Assembly (NCBI GenBank): GCA_035356615.1 | Contig: DAOQSN010000030.1 | Coordinates: forward strand, 167 to 64,166 | Direction: 5' to 3' | DNA from: Phycisphaerae bacterium | Lineage (GTDB): Bacteria; Planctomycetota; Phycisphaerae; UBA1845 | Length of the DNA stretch: 64,000 bases | Part shown: in pieces, positions 1 through 8,723 of the stretch | Position numbering within the stretch: the stretch's first letter is position 1 | Layout of the letters: the number at the start of each line of letters is the position of its first letter | Notes under the pieces: generated by a model | What the model was told of the DNA's origin: nothing | Databases searched by the model: none | The model's input: only the letters and a program-made list of their open reading frames with translations | Position numbers and translations under genes: made by a program

Positions 1-2
1 GT

Positions 3-539
3 CGGCAACTGGCAACTCATCTGGACGTGCGGATCGACGCCGGCCTGGTGACCGGACGGGTGCTGGACGCGATGGACGACGAAGGGGCACGCTTCGTGGG
101 CCGCATCCGGAACAATGCGGTGCTGGATGCGTTGGCGGCACCCTACCTGAAGCGTCCGCCGGGCCGGCCGCTGAAAGAGGGCGACGAGTTCGCGGTAGAA
201 CTGGGCACGTATCAGGCCGGCGAATGGACGCGGCCGTACCGGGTGGTGCTGGTGGTGATCGACCTGCCGGACCCCAAAACGGGGCTGCGTGAACTGTTCC
301 CGCACTACTTCGTCCTGGTGACCAACTGGCGCCTCGAGCAGCGTGGCGGCTGGGAGCTGGTGGAGCACTACCGCCGGCGCGGGACGTTCGAGGATCGGCT
401 GGGCGAGTTCAACGGGGCGATCGGCAATGGCTTGTCGGCTGGATCGTTCGCCGCCAACGAAGCCGGCCTGCTGCTGAAGCTGCTGGCGTTCAACCTGGCG
501 GGGATGCTGCGCGTCTTGCTCACGACCCTCTCCTTGTGA
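3..539 (+). mobile_element. IS1380-family transposase, 3' fragment (5' end runs off the window; C-terminus replaced after ~position 512)
   Basis: IS1380/DDE-like motifs VRIDAG, FVGRIRNN, VTN, YRRRGTFEDRLGEF, NEAGLLLKLLAFNLAGMLR. After MLR the frame ends in VLLTTLSL*, which is encoded by unrelated leader DNA. No right terminal repeat seen. Confidence 0.75.
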
Positions 540-649
540 AGTGTCGCCCTTGCATGTCGAACCGGCAATCCCCGTTCGTTGAACCTGATGCCGCCATTCC
601 ACGCATGCAGACCACGCAATCCAAGCGGGAACGGTCCATCGTGCCCTTG
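518..649 (-). promoter_or_regulatory. Orphaned promoter + RBS + GTG start, paralogous to the leader at 15759-15890
   Basis: Ungapped 132-nt alignment to 15759-15890, 94/132 identical by hand count. TTGGAT-17 nt-TGGAAT, AAGGAGAGG RBS and GTGAGC start sit at equivalent positions. Confidence 0.7.
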
Positions 650-712
650 CCGAGTGCGTGACGATTCCGGCGGGTTCAGCACCTGCCCTCGGACGGGGCA
701 AGGGGTTGTCCC

Positions 713-810
713 GAAAAACGCGGGACAGGTTCGTTTTCGATGGGCTCGCGCCTGGGGCGATGTGGGCCAACCCGGCGGCACGCCTCGAAAAAGCAGCCTG
801 TCCCGTTTTC
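713..810. repeat. Imperfect ~27-bp inverted repeat (GGGACAGG...CCTGTCCC type), REP/MITE-like or terminator
   Basis: gaaaaacgcgggacaggttcgttttcga (713-740) is near-complementary to tcgaaaaagcagcctgtcccgttttc (785-810). It abuts the S8 peptidase stop codon. Confidence 0.65.
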
Positions 811-2658
811 TCAGGGTATCGTGAGCGTCAGTCGCCCGGTGGTTTGGGCACCGGTTGCGTCCATCACGACCAGGGTGACGACGTGCTCCCCCCGGGCGCT
901 TCCTGCGCTGCGCCAGAGGTAGGACACGCCGGCCGAGGTGCCGCTCACCGCGCCGACCGACTTCGACGTGCCGTCGATGAGCCACTCGACGGTGGCCAGA
1001 CCGTCGGCGTCACGCAGGGTCGCCTGAATCGTGACGTTGCCGCGCACCGTGGCGCCGGCAGCCGGGGAGTCAAACACAATCCCAGTGGTGCTCGCCGTGG
1101 ATGCGCCGCTGCCCCGCGCAAAGGTGACCGTAACACCGGTGGACACGGTGGCGTGTCCCGCCCAATCGGTTGCGCGCGCCGTCAGAACATGGGCCCCGGC
1201 CGCGAAGCGCGTGGGCTCCAGTACCAACCTGTACGGAGCACGCGTGTCGGTGGCGTAGGGCAGCCCGTCCACCAGCAGCACTACATCGGCCACGCCGCTG
1301 TCATCGGCGGCCGTAATCGAAACCTGCACGCGCCCACTGATGCGTGCGCCGGCCGTCGGAGATGCGATCCGGACCGTCGGTGGCGTGGTGTCCGCTTCGT
1401 CCTCGGCATAGACGGCAGCCGCCACCACGGCCGCGGCATCCACGCGGCCCGCCCCGAACGTGTTGTCCACACCCGGCGTACCCAGGTCAACCGCGTGGTC
1501 GGTAAGCAGCGCGGCGACCGTGCTGGGACGCAGGTCCGGGTTGATGGACCAGCCTAGGGCGGCCACACCCGCCACGATCGGTGCCGCGAAGGAGGTACCA
1601 CTGGCCGCGCGATACGTCGCGCCCCAATCCGTCGAGTAGATGCCCGTCCCGGGGGCGACCAGGCCGATAAACGGGCCGGAATCCGAGAAGGACGCGAGCG
1701 CGTCGGCGTTGTCCAGGGCGCCGACGAACAGCGCCTCCGGGTACCCGGCGGCCGTGCCCGCCTGACCGAAGTTGCCCGCGCTGATGACCACGAGCGCACC
1801 CTGCCGTGACGCCGCCTGAGCCGCCGTCCGCACGAGTCGGTTCGATTGCAGCGGCGCGAAGCTGACGTTGATGACTTTCGCACCCTGCCCGGCCGACCAG
1901 AGGATGCCAGCCGCCAGGTGTCGCGCGGTCGCCTGGCCCAGTTCGTCGCTCGCCCGCACGACCAGCAGCGGACAGTCCCAGGTCACGCCGGCCACCCCTG
2001 TGGCGTTTCTGGTGGCGGCCGCGATGATCCCCGCCACCATTGTCCCATGACCGTAGACGTCTTCGTAGTCCGCGTTGTCGTTGTAGACGTTCCATCCGCC
2101 GGCGACCCGGCCGGTGAGGTCGGGGTGCGTGGTGTCGATCCCGCTGTCGACGACGGCCACCTTCACGGCCCGGCTGCCGGTCGTTGTTTCCCAGGCCTCA
2201 CGGGCACCGATCCGATCGAGGTGCCACTGCCTGGCATACAGTGGATCGTCAGGCAACCCCTCCGCCGTGAAGACGTAGTTCTTGTGCAGCCCCTCGATCA
2301 GGCCAGTGGCATCCAGCGCCGCGGCCACGGCACCCAGCTCTCCAGCCGTCACGGATAGCACCTCCAGGTCAACCTCGTCCAGTCGTGCTACGACCGTGGC
2401 ACTTGCCTGGGCGTAGGCGAGGGCCAGCGCCTCGGCGTCCGCGCCCGGGTAGGGCTGAACAAGCAACTCCGTCTCGACGAACGGCCGTTGCGCCAGGACC
2501 GGATCGGCATCATCCGGGAAGGCGTACTGCGCCGCTGCCGACGGGTCGGACGCGTCGATACCCGCGATGTTGCCGAGCCCGCCGCAGCCGGCCCCGGGCA
2601 GAACGAGCAGCAGGCCCGCAAGCACTCCGCTTCGAGCAGGTAGGTTCCGACGTCCCAT
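811..2658 (-). CDS. S8 (subtilisin-family) serine peptidase, probable lipoprotein, with two C-terminal Ig-like (Big) domains
   Basis: Catalytic triad motifs VAVVDSGID, HGTMVAG, GTSFAAP. N-terminal hydrophobic segment ending GAGC. Two repeated beta-rich domains (PTVRIASP..., FDSPAAGATVRG...). Confidence 0.92.
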   Translation of the reverse strand: MGRRNLPARSGVLAGLLLVLPGAGCGGLGNIAGIDASDPSAAAQYAFPDDADPVLAQRPFVETELLVQPYPGADAEALALAYAQASATVVARLDEVDLEVLSVTAGELGAVAAALDATGLIEGLHKNYVFTAEGLPDDPLYARQWHLDRIGAREAWETTTGSRAVKVAVVDSGIDTTHPDLTGRVAGGWNVYNDNADYEDVYGHGTMVAGIIAAATRNATGVAGVTWDCPLLVVRASDELGQATARHLAAGILWSAGQGAKVINVSFAPLQSNRLVRTAAQAASRQGALVVISAGNFGQAGTAAGYPEALFVGALDNADALASFSDSGPFIGLVAPGTGIYSTDWGATYRAASGTSFAAPIVAGVAALGWSINPDLRPSTVAALLTDHAVDLGTPGVDNTFGAGRVDAAAVVAAAVYAEDEADTTPPTVRIASPTAGARISGRVQVSITAADDSGVADVVLLVDGLPYATDTRAPYRLVLEPTRFAAGAHVLTARATDWAGHATVSTGVTVTFARGSGASTASTTGIVFDSPAAGATVRGNVTIQATLRDADGLATVEWLIDGTSKSVGAVSGTSAGVSYLWRSAGSARGEHVVTLVVMDATGAQTTGRLTLTIP

Positions 2659-2845
2659 ATTCAGCCTCGGTTGCCGTAGCGTCGCGCATGCGCCGGATCA
2701 AGCCACACGCAGGGAATCGGCTCGCGGCGCGGGGCGCATGAGCGGGACCGTGTGGGACTGGGGTCCCTGGCAATCATCACGCGCCCTTCGGGTGGGAGGG
2801 AGAATGGAAGGCAGAGATGATGCAGGCTTGCCTGCCAGGGACTGA

Positions 2846-2988
2846 GTACGTCTTCAGCGTGGGTGCCATGCCCTCACCCGCCGCAGGCGGGGGTGGGCAT
2901 GTGCTGCGGCACGCAGAAGCATACGTACCCGCGACCGCGGTCGCGGGAGAGCATGGCGCCCACAACGCCCAAGACGCCAAACACATAC
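2846..2988 (+). repeat. ~143-bp miniature inverted-repeat element (GGGTGCCATGC...GCATGGCRCCC family), copy 1
   Basis: Matches the reverse complement of 20154-20296, including a 49-nt exact block. Contains the perfect 20-bp palindrome cccgcgaccgcggtcgcggg. Confidence 0.9.
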
Positions 2989-3131
2989 GGGACTGGAAGT
3001 CCCTGGCGACTATCGCGCATCCTCTGGGCGCAGAGCGCATTCCCGCTTCCGCCCGTGAAGCAGGGTACGGATTCGATCGAGGCCACGAGCTGCTGGTCCC
3101 GCCCGGAGGGCCAGCGAGACACGGGCCGCGG

Positions 3132-3950
3132 TCACACCGGAATCGCGTTTGGACGAACGGGTTCCGTGCGCAGCGCGTCGGCGATAAGTTGCGCCACGCG
3201 TTTCCCCGACAGCAGCATGCCGCCGAAGATCGGGCCCATGCGCGGCCCGCCGAATGCGGCGCAAACGCTCATGCCGGCCACGAACAGCCCGGGATACACT
3301 TCGCCGGCCTTCTCGACAACAAATTCCTCGCCCGCGGCCGCGTCCATCGGTCCCTCCAACGCCCGCTCCACCGGCGTATCCCGGAAGTACCCGCGTCGCC
3401 GCAACGTTTGCACGACGATGGCCTCATGGCCCGTCGCGTCCAGCACGGCCGGGGCGCTGAACGTCAGCGGGTCCACGTGATACCGCCCCGAAATGCCCGT
3501 CCGATTGACCACCACGCCCACGACGCGCTCCTGGTGCACGCAGACATCCTCGAGCGTCACGAGGTTCAGCAGCACGACGCCCGCCTGCAAAGCGTGGTAG
3601 CACAGCCCGGCCGCCAGCTCGACTGCGTCCACACTGTACAATCCTTCGCGACGCCGTTGATACCGGACCTTGAGGTCGTCAAGGACCGGCAGGGCCTCGT
3701 CCTGAAGGACAACCTCGTTCATGCCCATGCCCCCGCCCCAGATGCCGCCGCCGGGGGCGAGGTTGCGCTCGAACACGGTTACCTTGCGGCCGTCGCGGGC
3801 AAGGGTCAGCCCGGCCGTCAAACCCGCCGGCCCGGCCCCCACGATCAACACGTCGCTGTCGATGTGCTCCGTCAGCTTCTCGTAGTACCGCCCGACGATC
3901 GCACGGGAAATCTTCGATTCGTTGAACTTCTTGGCCATGATGGTCAGCAT
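3132..3950 (-). CDS. thi4: Sulfide-dependent adenosine diphosphate thiazole synthase (Thi4 family); alternative start 3938
   Basis: DVLIVGAGPAGL Rossmann motif, GGGIWGGGM, HVDPLT, DATGHEA, PRMGPIFGGMLLSG. Confidence 0.93.
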   Translation of the reverse strand: MLTIMAKKFNESKISRAIVGRYYEKLTEHIDSDVLIVGAGPAGLTAGLTLARDGRKVTVFERNLAPGGGIWGGGMGMNEVVLQDEALPVLDDLKVRYQRRREGLYSVDAVELAAGLCYHALQAGVVLLNLVTLEDVCVHQERVVGVVVNRTGISGRYHVDPLTFSAPAVLDATGHEAIVVQTLRRRGYFRDTPVERALEGPMDAAAGEEFVVEKAGEVYPGLFVAGMSVCAAFGGPRMGPIFGGMLLSGKRVAQLIADALRTEPVRPNAIPV

Positions 3951-4165
3951 TCTCCAGGGTCACGCGTACCCCGCAGCGGCTCGGCCGCCCGGCCGGCGCC
4001 TGAGGGGGCCGGGCGTTCTTCTACTCGCTTCCCGAAGCAGCTACAAGACGGAAGCACCCGCGCCCGGGACCGCGGACACGCTCGGTGCCACCGGACGGTC
4101 CGCGGGCGGCCGGTCCCGCGCCGGGTCGTCCCGGCGCCGGTCCGTCGGAGCGGTTGGTCCCGGTG

Positions 4166-4194
4166 TTGTTCACATCCGGCACGATGGGTATAAT
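4166..4194 (+). promoter_or_regulatory. Sigma70-type promoter upstream of the M14 peptidase
   Basis: TTGTTC (4166-4171), 17-nt spacer, TATAAT (4189-4194). Confidence 0.6.
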
Positions 4195-4448
4195 GCGTAC
4201 CTGGGGTTTGGACGGTTTCCCGCTCGTCGACCAAGCGGTCCGATAGCCTGCGGGGGACAGGTGGGGTGTTTACGACGCGGGTGTACTAGGGCGGCTCACC
4301 CCCGGGTGGGGGTACGGGTGCGGGGCAGGGCGTTCGGCGGCCGAGCCGGTCACCGCTGCCGCGAACCGGGCCCGGCGTTCACCACTCCAAGCCATCCGGG
4401 AGTCCGGGGTGTCCGTGGACACCTCGAAGGCGACGCGGGGGATACCTG

Positions 4449-6470
4449 ATGCAAATTCACAAGATGGCAGGCATGGCGTTGGCGGCGGTGGTTCTGGGGG
4501 GGGGCCTGACGGCACCTGCACGAGCGGATTCCTGGACAACTTACGCGGAGATCGGCCCGACGCTGCTCAGCTATGAAACGAGCTATCCCACGCTCGCCAA
4601 GCGGTACAACATCGGGTCGAGCTACCAGGGCCGGAGCCTGTGGGCCATCCGCCTGTCCGACAACGTCCTGGTGGAGGAGGATGAGCCGGAGTTCAAGTAC
4701 ATCTCCACGATGCACGGCGATGAGATCGTGGGGACCAAGATGTGCATGATGCTCATCGACTGGCTGCTGACCAATTACGGCACGGACCCGGACGCCACGA
4801 ACATCATCGATAACGTCGAGCTGTGGATCGTGCCCCTCATGAATCCGGACGGGTACGACCGCAGCCCGCGCATCCGAGAGAACGCCCAGGGTTATGACCT
4901 GAACCGCAACTTCCCGGATTACGGCGACCCCAACACGCCGACGGGGCGTCCCACGGAAGTCCAGGTGATCATGAACTGGTCGTTCGGCCGGTCCTTTACG
5001 TGCTCGGCCAACCTGCACACCGGCGCCTTGGTCATCAACTACCCGTTCGACAACGAGGACAGCGGGTCGCGCTACACACCCGATGACGACCTGATGATCT
5101 ACATCAGCGAGCAGTACTCGTACTACAACCAGCCCATGTGGAACGGCAGCTTCTACCACGGCATCACCAACGGCGCCACCTGGTACTTTGTCTGGGGCGG
5201 GATGCAGGACTGGAACTACCATTTCATGGGCAACAACGAAGTAACCATCGAGTTGAGTACGACCAAGCAGCCCGCCGCCTCGACCATCCCCACCTACTGG
5301 AGCAACAACCGCCAGTCGATGCTGGCGTACATCCAGACCTGCCTGATCGGTGTGCGCGGGCTGGTGACGGATGCCACGTCCGGGCGGGCCGTGGCCGCCA
5401 CCGTCCGGGTCGTCGGGCGCAACCACGACATCTTCACCGACCCCGACGTGGGCGACTATCACCGGATGCTGATGCCGGGCACGTATGACCTGACCTTCAG
5501 CGCAACCGGGTATGACCCGCTGCGGGTCAACAACGTGGTGGTCGGTTCGGGCAACGCTGCGCGCCTCGACGTTCAGCTCTACGGGGCGCCGACCGTCGCC
5601 TACCCCAACGGGGGCGAGGAGCTGGAAAGCGGCCTGCCCGCGACCGTGACCTGGACCGGCAATCCCGCCGCCCAGTTTCAGGTGCAATACACGGACAACT
5701 ACGGGGACATGGCGGCCGTCTCCGACGGTTTCGAGAGCGGCACGCTGGGGCCCGCGTACACCAGTGGCGGCGGCGCGGCCTGGTTGGTGACGACGTCGAG
5801 CTACCACACGGGCACGCGTTCCGCCCGGGCCGGCGCGATCACCCACAACCAGACTTCCTGGCTGCAACGGAACGCCAACGGTGGCAACCTCCGTTTCTGG
5901 TATCGCGTCAGCTCGGAAGCCTCTTACGACTTCTTCAACTTCTACATTGACGGGAACCGCCAGCTCCACCTCTCCGGTACCGTTGCCTGGACGCAGTACT
6001 CGACCACGCTGTCGGCCGGCTCCCACGTGCTGCGCTGGGAGTACACCAAGGACGAGTCGCAGTCCTCCGGCAGCGACACCGTCTGGATAGACGACCTCGA
6101 ACTCACGGTGGACAATACCACCTGGACCGACATTCTCCCGCTCAGCGAGACCGGGCAAACGCAAACGACCTGGACGCCCGGCACGCCCGGTGACGACTAC
6201 AAGGTACGCGTCCGGTCCTACGTGAGCGGTACCTACGGAGACTGGGACGAGAGCAACGCGACGTTCACGATCGTACCGGCCGCGTCCGCCGATGGGGACT
6301 ATGACCAGGATGGCGACGTGGACCTGGCCGACTACGCCGCCTTCCAGAACTGCTTCGGCCAACCGGCCGGCGGCGCGTGCGGGCAGGCCTTCAACTTCGC
6401 AGTGGACGGGACGATCGACCTGGAGGACTTCGTTGATTTCGTGCCGGAGTTGACCGGTCCACTGATGTAA
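4449..6470 (+). CDS. Secreted M14 zinc carboxypeptidase (CPD/CPE-like) with regulatory transthyretin-like domain, beta-rich domain and C-terminal dockerin-like tag
   Basis: Signal peptide. Motifs MHGDE, MNPDG, DLNRNFP, ANLHTGALVINYPFD, GGMQDWNY, EVTIELS. C-terminal GDYDQDGDVDLADYAAFQNCF...DGTIDLEDF. Confidence 0.92.
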   Translation: MQIHKMAGMALAAVVLGGGLTAPARADSWTTYAEIGPTLLSYETSYPTLAKRYNIGSSYQGRSLWAIRLSDNVLVEEDEPEFKYISTMHGDEIVGTKMCMMLIDWLLTNYGTDPDATNIIDNVELWIVPLMNPDGYDRSPRIRENAQGYDLNRNFPDYGDPNTPTGRPTEVQVIMNWSFGRSFTCSANLHTGALVINYPFDNEDSGSRYTPDDDLMIYISEQYSYYNQPMWNGSFYHGITNGATWYFVWGGMQDWNYHFMGNNEVTIELSTTKQPAASTIPTYWSNNRQSMLAYIQTCLIGVRGLVTDATSGRAVAATVRVVGRNHDIFTDPDVGDYHRMLMPGTYDLTFSATGYDPLRVNNVVVGSGNAARLDVQLYGAPTVAYPNGGEELESGLPATVTWTGNPAAQFQVQYTDNYGDMAAVSDGFESGTLGPAYTSGGGAAWLVTTSSYHTGTRSARAGAITHNQTSWLQRNANGGNLRFWYRVSSEASYDFFNFYIDGNRQLHLSGTVAWTQYSTTLSAGSHVLRWEYTKDESQSSGSDTVWIDDLELTVDNTTWTDILPLSETGQTQTTWTPGTPGDDYKVRVRSYVSGTYGDWDESNATFTIVPAASADGDYDQDGDVDLADYAAFQNCFGQPAGGACGQAFNFAVDGTIDLEDFVDFVPELTGPLM

Positions 6471-6580
6471 AGCCGGAAGCGGCACGCGCGAGGGCGGTCG
6501 GTCCGCCGGCCGCCCGGCCACGGAGCCTGGGGACACAGGGTGCATGAGCGGACGAGCCCGCTGAGCAGTGAGAGCAACCC

Positions 6581-7588
6581 ATGAGCAGAATGACAATGAC
6601 CTGGATCGTAACGGTGCTGCTGACACCGGCCGTGGCGTGGTGCCAGGCGCCCGGCGTCGAGGACAACATCCACGTGGCCGCCCAGCGCGGCGACCTCCAG
6701 CAGGTGCGGACTCTGCTCGAGCGTTCGCCCGCGGTCCTTCAGGCACGCGACGAGATGGGGCGGACGCCGCTGCACACGGCCGCCCTGGCCAAGGACCCAG
6801 TGCCCATGCTGGACTTACTGCTGAGCCAAGGCGCGGACGTGGCGGCCCAAGACGAGGAAGGCCGCGCGGCGTTGCACGTGGCGGCTGAGGCGTTCAAGGG
6901 GCCGGCGGTCGAGTTGCTCCTGAAGCACAAGGCCCCCGTGAACGCGCAGGACGCTCGGGGCAGGACGCCCCTGCACCTCGCCGCTGCCGCCGGGGTGAAC
7001 AACGAGGACGACACGCAGCGCCGCCGGACCGTCACCGAAGCGCTGCTCGCCCACGAGGCGAAGGTCAATCTTGCCGACGCTGAGGGCCTGACCGCGCTGC
7101 ATGTAGCCGCGGCGCTCGACCGCGCCGATATGGTGAAGTTGCTCCTGGCGGCCAAGGCCGACGTGACCGCCCGCGACCAGCGCCAGCGCACCGCGTTGCA
7201 CTGGGCGGCCACCGGTGAGGACACCAAGCTCATCGCCGAGTTGATCGCCGCCGGGTCGGATGTGAAGGCCGTGGACAAGGCGGGCGACACGCCGCTCCAC
7301 GTGGCCGCCGGGCGATTCCGCCACGCGGTGGCCGACGTCCTGCTCAAGAACGGCGCCGAGGTGAACGCCCGCAATGCCCGCGGGGCCACGCCGCTGATCG
7401 TGCTGGCCGGTGGTGCCCACGGTGACCGCAAAGTCGACCAGGCACTGACGCGGGTCGCGGAAGTCCTCATCGCCGCCGGGGCGGACGTGAACGCCCGCGA
7501 CGCGCAGGGACGCTCCGCCATCGACTACGCGTCGCTCACCACGAACACCATGCTGGCCGACACGCTGCGTCGCGCCGCCGGACGCTGA
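6581..7588 (+). CDS. Exported ankyrin repeat protein
   Basis: Signal peptide (…AVAWCQA). About 8 G-x-T/A-P/A-L-H-x-A-A ankyrin repeats. Confidence 0.92.
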   Translation: MSRMTMTWIVTVLLTPAVAWCQAPGVEDNIHVAAQRGDLQQVRTLLERSPAVLQARDEMGRTPLHTAALAKDPVPMLDLLLSQGADVAAQDEEGRAALHVAAEAFKGPAVELLLKHKAPVNAQDARGRTPLHLAAAAGVNNEDDTQRRRTVTEALLAHEAKVNLADAEGLTALHVAAALDRADMVKLLLAAKADVTARDQRQRTALHWAATGEDTKLIAELIAAGSDVKAVDKAGDTPLHVAAGRFRHAVADVLLKNGAEVNARNARGATPLIVLAGGAHGDRKVDQALTRVAEVLIAAGADVNARDAQGRSAIDYASLTTNTMLADTLRRAAGR

Positions 7589-7821
7589 GCACACCCGACG
7601 GCAGCGCTTCCCCGCTGGGACCAACGTACGCGATTCGGCGTCGGCAGTCCGAAGCGCGACCGTTGCCGGCCATGTCCCAACGCCTGTGACGCGCGCGTTG
7701 ACGCGCACGCACGCGCGGGGTGAGGGCCGTACCGCGCCTCCGCACGCTCCCCCGGTCTCTTCCCGCCGGGGGCGGGCGGTCCCGTCAGAGGCTCTTCGTG
7801 CCGGAGATGACGGCCAGTGCT

Positions 7822-7887
7822 CCCCTTGACGTTTCGCACGGGCCCAGCCCGTTTGCGGCCGCGCAGCGACCGGCGAAACGTCAGGGG
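7822..7887. repeat. Inverted repeat pair ccccttgacgtttcgc / gcgaaacgtcagggg, followed by further palindromes
   Basis: Direct reading. Also cctgac-ac-gtcagg (7897-7910) and cccaggtcc-acg-ggacctggg (7983-8003). Confidence 0.6.
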
Positions 7888-8088
7888 TCGTCAATGCCTG
7901 ACACGTCAGGGCGTGGGTACACGCGCTCGCCGCGCGACCGAGTGCACGCCCACCAGAACCGGCGCGCCGCGTTCATCAGTCCCCCAGGTCCACGGGACCT
8001 GGGCCACCCGTCCGGGCCGGCAATATGTGTGATGGGGCCCCCAGACGCACTGCTGCTGAAGGGCCCGCGAGCCGTCGCGTTCCTTCAG

Positions 8089-8470
8089 CTAACCCAAAGA
8101 GCGACGCTGCTCCTCGACGAGCTGCGCTACCTCGTCCGCATCGGGTATGTCATGGAAGGCCAGGGTCTCCCACTGGTCATGGAGATTCCACCACGACCCC
8201 GTGTTCTGGAGACACCAGAACGCCCACGGGGCGACGCCGAACAGAACCGATTCGCCCCCGCTGGAGGAGTCGTGGCGGACACGCACACGCTGGCACTGGG
8301 TCAGCCTTAGTGCCTGCAGGCGAGGACTGCTGCCGGTTCGCAGCACCACGACGCGCTGGTTCGTAACCCCGTAGTACGTGCGGCGCTTCTCCGACGCCTT
8401 ACGCAGGGAACGCATACGCCAGGACCGGAGTCAGGAGGACCAGGAAGCACCACAGCAGCCGAACCGCGGG
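8089..8470 (-). pseudogene. Frameshifted, 5'-truncated membrane-anchored bacterial PH-domain gene
   Basis: One frame gives RRTYYGVTNQRVVVL...FHDIPDADEVAQLV (bPH-like). A different frame just upstream gives a TM segment LLWCFLVLLTPVLAY that ends in a stop at 8399-8401. Confidence 0.45.
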
Positions 8471-8723
8471 CTACCACCTTGCCGTTTCGCTCGGCAGGGC
8501 CAGGGGCGGGTCCGTGACCGGCGACGCGGGGTGCGGGTGTGCCCCCTGGATTTCTCCAGTCCCTACCGCCTCGCGACGATTCCCTTTTTCTCTCACAGGA
8601 GAGAGCCGGATCCACCGGAAACCCACCCGCGCGCTGGCGGCCGTGGGGTACCCCCGCTGGCAACCTGCCGGGCAGGCGCCTATGATCCCGCGTCTATCTT
8701 CAGGGAACGGGAGAGACGGGAAC

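Noticed and set aside
3951-4300. TPP riboswitch upstream of thi4
   Set aside because: The conserved CUGAGA and ACCUG cores were not found on the minus strand.
4350-6746. Long antisense ORFs (also 24412..26610, 27122..29482, 49046..50686, 50839..52245 and many shorter ones)
   Set aside because: They are shadow frames of well-supported genes on the opposite strand, as expected at this GC content, and show no recognisable motifs.
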